A stretch of 64,000 bases of DNA from the NCBI GenBank assembly GCA_003543035.1, contig DPJL01000107.1, forward strand, positions 4,470-68,469, given 5' to 3'. A program made the translations under genes and the position numbers. Shown one piece after another: positions 59,881 through 64,000 of this stretch. Numbering within the stretch: position 1 is the first letter of the stretch; every line of letters begins with the position of its first letter. The notes under the pieces were generated by a model. The model was not told where the DNA came from and searched no databases. It saw nothing but the letters and a program-made list of their open reading frames with translations. Source of the stretch: Micromonosporaceae bacterium. Lineage in GTDB: Bacteria > Actinomycetota > Actinomycetes > Mycobacteriales > Micromonosporaceae.

Positions 59881-60197
59881 GAGTGCAAGCAGTCTGGAAC
59901 GGCGTTGTCCTGGCCGAAAGCGATGACACGGTGGTGGTGGAAGGCAATCATTACTTCCCGCCAGAATCTGTCCACTGGGAGTACCTCTCCAAAAGCGCAT
60001 CACACACGGTGTGCCCGTGGAAGGGCATCGCGTCTTATCACACGATCACCGTCGACAGGGTGTCCAATCCGGACGCCGCGTGGTTCTATCCACATCCGAC
60101 ACCGTTGGCACGCAAAGTCAAGGACCGGATCGCGTTCTGGCACGGCGTGCGGGTCGAGGAGGCTACCGAGACCGTGGACAGGCAGGAGCAGCGATGA
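59877..60197 (+). CDS. DUF427 protein
   Basis: 'LAESDDTVVVEGNHYFP', 'TVCPWKG.ASY', 'AAWFYP'. Confidence 0.9.
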   Translation: MRVQAVWNGVVLAESDDTVVVEGNHYFPPESVHWEYLSKSASHTVCPWKGIASYHTITVDRVSNPDAAWFYPHPTPLARKVKDRIAFWHGVRVEEATETVDRQEQR

Positions 60198-60300
60198 GCG
60201 AGCAAGTCGATGTGGTGGTGCTTGGGATGGGCCCCGGGCGGTGAAGACGTCGCCGGAAAGCTGGCCGAGGGCAGGCTGGTCGGAGGGTAATGCCTGCCTC
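60194..60300 (+). pseudogene. Remnant of a flavoprotein disulfide reductase N-terminus
   Basis: MSEQVDVVVLGMGPG, frameshift, GEDVAGKLAEG, deletion, LVGG*C. Confidence 0.6.
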
Positions 60301-60407
60301 GCCATGGCTCGCCCAAGCCTGTTCCTATCGCCGGTTATAGACAACGACGCATCAGCGGCGGGACGATGTAGTTGAACATCCAACTTTTCGTGCTGGGTCA
60401 GGAGGTC

Positions 60408-60830
60408 ATGATGGACGTCATCGTGCTCATAGGGCGCATCCTGTTTGTTTTTCTGTTCCTCACCGCGGGCTACACGCACTTCGCCAAACGCAAGATGATG
60501 GCGGGCTACGCTGCATCCAGAGGCGTACCAGCCTCGATGGCGGCCACACTCGCCGGTGGGGTCCTTCTCCTCGCCGGAGCGCTAAGCATCCTGCTGGGGG
60601 TCTGGGCCGACCTCGGCGCGCTGCTGTTGGTCATCTTCCTGCTACCCACGGCGGTGCTGATGCACGGCTTCTGGAAGGAGACCGATCCGCAGACCCGGAT
60701 GAACGAGACGACCCAATTCAGCAAGGACCTGGCACTGGGAGGTGCGGCCCTGATGCTGTTCGCGTTCTTCTCCTTCGCCGGCGACGACCTCGGTTTGACC
60801 ATCACCGGGCCACTGTTCAACATCCGTTGA
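60408..60830 (+). CDS. DoxX-family membrane protein
   Basis: 'LIGRILF', 'MHGFW', 'FSKDLALGGAAL'. Confidence 0.88.
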   Translation: MMDVIVLIGRILFVFLFLTAGYTHFAKRKMMAGYAASRGVPASMAATLAGGVLLLAGALSILLGVWADLGALLLVIFLLPTAVLMHGFWKETDPQTRMNETTQFSKDLALGGAALMLFAFFSFAGDDLGLTITGPLFNIR

Positions 60831-60854
60831 CTGTGCCAGCCCTAGCCTGAGCAC

Positions 60855-61502
60855 GTGGACGCAGCACAACTCGTGGTCGAGTTCGCCACCCTGTTCCTCG
60901 GCGCCTTCGTGGCCTTCGGGCTGGAGAACCGGCGCGAACGCCGCCGGCTACGCCGCTGGGCCCGCCAATACCTCGGCCACCTACGCGACGGCGCCGCCAG
61001 CGACGTAGACAACATCGCCGACGACACACAACAACTGATCACCTCAGCCGAGGCGTGGCTACAAGCCCGCGAAGCAACCGAACTCGACGACCACGTCTGG
61101 GCAGTACTGGCCACCGTCCCCGCCTTCCACCCGCCCGACCTCGGGGCCGTACTGCACGGACCAGCACTCACCGTGCTACCACACGACCTCGCCGGGTCCC
61201 TGTCAGAACTGGAACGTGACGCCGACGCGCTCGCCTCCCACGCCGCCACAGCCGCGGACCATCAGCGCGCGACGTGCTCCCAGGTAGCGCGCGAACATCT
61301 GCAGCCGCCTGCCAACCCTCGGGCTGGACGCCGAACTATTTGCCGAGATGAGCGACGAAGATCTGCGCCTTCTGCTCACCGAACCCTGGCAGATCCGAAA
61401 GCCGCCGACCAGGTCCGTGCCGTCCTTCGCCTCGGTCCAGCCTGCACGGAATGCAAGTCCAGGCCGCGCCACCCGCCACGCCTTCATGAATTCTTTAGAT
61501 AG
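60855..61502 (+). CDS. Hypothetical protein with N-terminal TM segment, 3' end probably degenerate
   Basis: 'EFATLFLGAFVAFGLENRRERRR' then helical sequence; the tail looks out of frame. Confidence 0.45.
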   Translation: MDAAQLVVEFATLFLGAFVAFGLENRRERRRLRRWARQYLGHLRDGAASDVDNIADDTQQLITSAEAWLQAREATELDDHVWAVLATVPAFHPPDLGAVLHGPALTVLPHDLAGSLSELERDADALASHAATAADHQRATCSQVAREHLQPPANPRAGRRTICRDERRRSAPSAHRTLADPKAADQVRAVLRLGPACTECKSRPRHPPRLHEFFR

Positions 61503-61573
61503 GCAGCGGCCTGGGGCGCGGGTCGGGCTTTCTAGCGTCTGGGTTGAGGGTCCATGACGTTTGGGAGGTTCGC

Positions 61574-62560
61574 ATGCGATCGGTGAAACACATTGGCGGG
61601 CTTGCCGCTTTGGCTGCGGCTTTGCTTGTGGTTGCGGCTTGCGGGGGAGGCGGTGGGGGTACCCCGCAAGCGCCTCAAACGAGTTCGCCAGCAGAGCCTG
61701 TTGGCAAGCCACTGTCGGCTGTCGATATCTCGGCGCTGGCGGCTCAGTTCGCCGATCAGCCATTGACCGGCGGTCAGACGGCGCCCCGGCAGTATCGCTG
61801 GGTCAACGACCGTGTCGCGATGTTCCTGCAGTTCGACAACTCCGACCCGGCCAAGGCGGCAGCCCTGCGGTACATCGGCGTCAGCGTGAAGGGGGTGTTC
61901 TGTGCCGAGGACCAGCCCGGCGGCGCCAACGGCGGCTTCCCGCACTTTCACCGGCTGGACGCTCCTTCATACGCCCAAGGGCATGGCGGCCCGGCGGGAA
62001 CCCCCGGATATTGGCTGAGCTGGATCGCGGTCGATACGTTCGACCAGCGCGACGGCAGGCATGTCGCCCCTGGTGTGGACTACCAGTTCTCGCCGACACC
62101 CGCACCGCCGAGCTGCGCACCGAACGTGCCCAAGTCCGACTTTGCCGGGCCAGGCGCGAAAGCTCTGTCCAAAGACGACATCGGGACGTTGGCGGCATTG
62201 TTCGCCGATCTGCCGTTGACCGGTGGGCAGACCGCACCACGGCTGTACCGGTGGGTCAACCAGGACGTCTCGATCTTCCTGCAGTTCGACAACTCCGACC
62301 TGAGCAAAGCGACCGCGTTGCGGTATATCGGGATCAGCGTGCGGGGGCAGTTCTGCAAGTCCAAGCAACCATCGGCGGACTTCCCGCATTTCCACCGCAC
62401 CGACGCGGCAGAGTATGCCAAGGGACACGGCCAGGCGCCCGGCGACAAGGGCTACTGGCTGCTGTGGATGGCCACCGACAGCTTCGCCCAACGCGACGGC
62501 CGTCAGATCACGCCCGGTGTCGACCGGCAGTTCTCGCCGACACCACCACCGGAGTGCTGA
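61574..62560 (+). CDS. Lipoprotein with two tandem His/Cys-containing domains of unknown family
   Basis: RBS GGGAGG; lipobox VAAC; repeats at 61706-62116 and 62159-62557. Confidence 0.8.
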   Translation: MRSVKHIGGLAALAAALLVVAACGGGGGGTPQAPQTSSPAEPVGKPLSAVDISALAAQFADQPLTGGQTAPRQYRWVNDRVAMFLQFDNSDPAKAAALRYIGVSVKGVFCAEDQPGGANGGFPHFHRLDAPSYAQGHGGPAGTPGYWLSWIAVDTFDQRDGRHVAPGVDYQFSPTPAPPSCAPNVPKSDFAGPGAKALSKDDIGTLAALFADLPLTGGQTAPRLYRWVNQDVSIFLQFDNSDLSKATALRYIGISVRGQFCKSKQPSADFPHFHRTDAAEYAKGHGQAPGDKGYWLLWMATDSFAQRDGRQITPGVDRQFSPTPPPEC

Positions 62561-62955
62561 TGAGTCGCATGTGGATACTTGTCATCCTGCTGACGGCCGC
62601 GTGCGGCGCGCCGGAGCCGGCGACACCGGGGCCGCAGGGGACTGAGGGGGCGGACGTTGTGGAGGTCAGGCTCACCTGCGCCACCGGTGACCCGCAGGCA
62701 CCATGCGCGTTCCGTCCGGCCGAGGTGAGCATCCGCGTCGGCGGCATGGTCCGGTGGATCAACGATGACGCCACCTATCACACGGTCACCGCATCCGACC
62801 GGATCGACTTGCGTGTGCCCAGCGGGCGCTTCGACGCCGTCCTCGACGAAGCGGCAGAGACCTTTTCCCACACCTTTACCGAGCCTGGAACCTACGCTTA
62901 CTACTGCCAGCCACATGCCGAGTTCATGGCCGGCGTGGTGAAGGTGGATCAATGA
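62560..62955 (+). CDS. Plastocyanin/azurin-type cupredoxin lipoprotein
   Basis: Lipobox TAAC; type-1 copper ligands HTVT and YYCQPHAEFM. Confidence 0.88.
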   Translation: MSRMWILVILLTAACGAPEPATPGPQGTEGADVVEVRLTCATGDPQAPCAFRPAEVSIRVGGMVRWINDDATYHTVTASDRIDLRVPSGRFDAVLDEAAETFSHTFTEPGTYAYYCQPHAEFMAGVVKVDQ

Positions 62956-62976
62956 ATGAGATGCCGCGGAGGTGTG

Positions 62977-63666
62977 ATGGGACAGGGCGCCAAGCGGCGA
63001 ACGCCGACGATCCTGGTTGTCGATGACGACCGGATGCTGGTGCCGCTGCTTGAGCGTGGGCTGCGCTACGAAGGTTTCGAGGTCGAGTGCGCCTACGACG
63101 CGGCCGAGGCGATCGACTCGGCGCAAGCTCGCCCGCCCGATCTGGTGCTGCTGGACATCGGCATGCCCGACCGCGACGGCTTCAGCGTGCTGCGTGAGCT
63201 GCGCCGCCATCATGACGTGCCAGTCGTGATGCTCACCGCCCGCGACGAGGTCCGCGACAAGGTCGGCGCGCTCGACCAGGGCGCGGACGACTATGTGGCC
63301 AAGCCGTTCGCCTTCGACGAGCTAGTCGCCCGGATCAGGGCCGTGCTGCGCCGCCGCGCCGCCGAAACGCTGGACCAGATCGGGTACGACGACGTGTGCT
63401 GCGACCTGGGCACCAGACAGGTCACCAGGGACGGTCGCACGATCGAGGTGACCGCGATCGAATTCGACCTGCTGAGCTTTCTGGTACGTAACGCCCGCCG
63501 GGTGCACAGCAGGGAAGCGTTGCTGCGCGCGGTCTGGGGCTATGACGTCACCGTCGACAGCAACGTTGTCGACGTCCATATTGGACACCTGCGGCGCAAA
63601 CTTGGTGAGCCGCAGCTCATCCAGACTGTGCGGGGAGTCGGCTACCTGCTGCGGAGCCAGCCGTGA
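62977..63666 (+). CDS. OmpR-family response regulator (MprA-like)
   Basis: LVVDDD, LLDIGMP, GADDYVAKPF, TVRGVGY. Confidence 0.93.
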   Translation: MGQGAKRRTPTILVVDDDRMLVPLLERGLRYEGFEVECAYDAAEAIDSAQARPPDLVLLDIGMPDRDGFSVLRELRRHHDVPVVMLTARDEVRDKVGALDQGADDYVAKPFAFDELVARIRAVLRRRAAETLDQIGYDDVCCDLGTRQVTRDGRTIEVTAIEFDLLSFLVRNARRVHSREALLRAVWGYDVTVDSNVVDVHIGHLRRKLGEPQLIQTVRGVGYLLRSQP

Positions 63667-64000
63667 GCATCCGGGTCAAACTCGCAGCCGCGTTCACGCT
63701 GCTGGTTGCCGTCATTTTGGTCGTGGTCGGGGTGGTGACCTACCAACTGCTGCGTCAAAGCCTGCTGGAAGAGATCGAGCGTGATGTCGCCCGGCGCGCC
63801 GCCACCTTCGCCGCAGCCAACGCGACGCCACCGTATGACCTGGACGTGTTCGGCGCTCCAGATGTCTTCCTGCAGGTTGCCGATGGCACCGGCACGCCAG
63901 AAGCGCGTTCAGGAAACCTGGGCGACCGGACACTGCCCCTGCCAGATGCCGCCCGGGCCGGCCAAGTGGTGGAGGTCCACGTCGGCGGCCGGCCGCTGTT
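63663..64000 (+). CDS. Sensor histidine kinase (3' partial)
   Basis: GTGA overlap with the regulator; 'MSIRVKLAAAFTLLVAVILVVVGVVTYQLL' first TM segment; frame open to the window edge. Kinase domain is not visible. Confidence 0.7.
   Translation, partial: MSIRVKLAAAFTLLVAVILVVVGVVTYQLLRQSLLEEIERDVARRAATFAAANATPPYDLDVFGAPDVFLQVADGTGTPEARSGNLGDRTLPLPDAARAGQVVEVHVGGRPL

Noticed and set aside
61561..62559. Apparent 464-aa cupredoxin fusion
   Set aside because: Overlaps the repeat lipoprotein out of frame; the cupredoxin has its own start and lipobox at 62560.
1..64000. CRISPR array, rRNA, tRNA, integrase or phage genes
   Set aside because: No spaced repeats or recognisable motifs seen; the repeats found are domain duplications, operators or IS ends.

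Overview
High-GC actinobacterial DNA (probably a Micromonosporaceae-like soil actinomycete; inference) that reads as a mosaic accessory region with no rRNA, tRNA or CRISPR. Left to right: a partial secreted PHB-depolymerase-type esterase; a hydrolase plus Liv-type ABC operon with strong C/A skew; a five-gene cassette resembling M. tuberculosis Rv1678-Rv1681 (split membrane protein, acyl-CoA dehydrogenase, signal-less binding-protein fold, radical SAM); gene debris; two inverted IS630 remnants enclosing a truncated rsmD and a thioester-domain LPXTG adhesin; a ~27 kb fructan locus (four GH32-type enzymes, one resembling cycloinulo-oligosaccharide fructanotransferase, plus GH91, GH172, fructokinase, three ABC importers and four LacI regulators with visible operators); a truncated egtA; a Crp-associated redox module (Tes/MJ0619-family radical SAM, methyltransferase, MerA-like flavoprotein, DUF3179, DsbF-like, CcdA); a mercury-resistance locus with two regulator types; and an unrecognised His/Cys tandem-repeat lipoprotein with a cupredoxin and a two-component system. 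The best candidates for undescribed systems are the cyclofructan/difructose-anhydride fructan locus, the Tes-like radical SAM operon, the Rv1678-81-like cassette and the repeat-lipoprotein/cupredoxin module. All family calls come from motif recognition by eye, not database searches.
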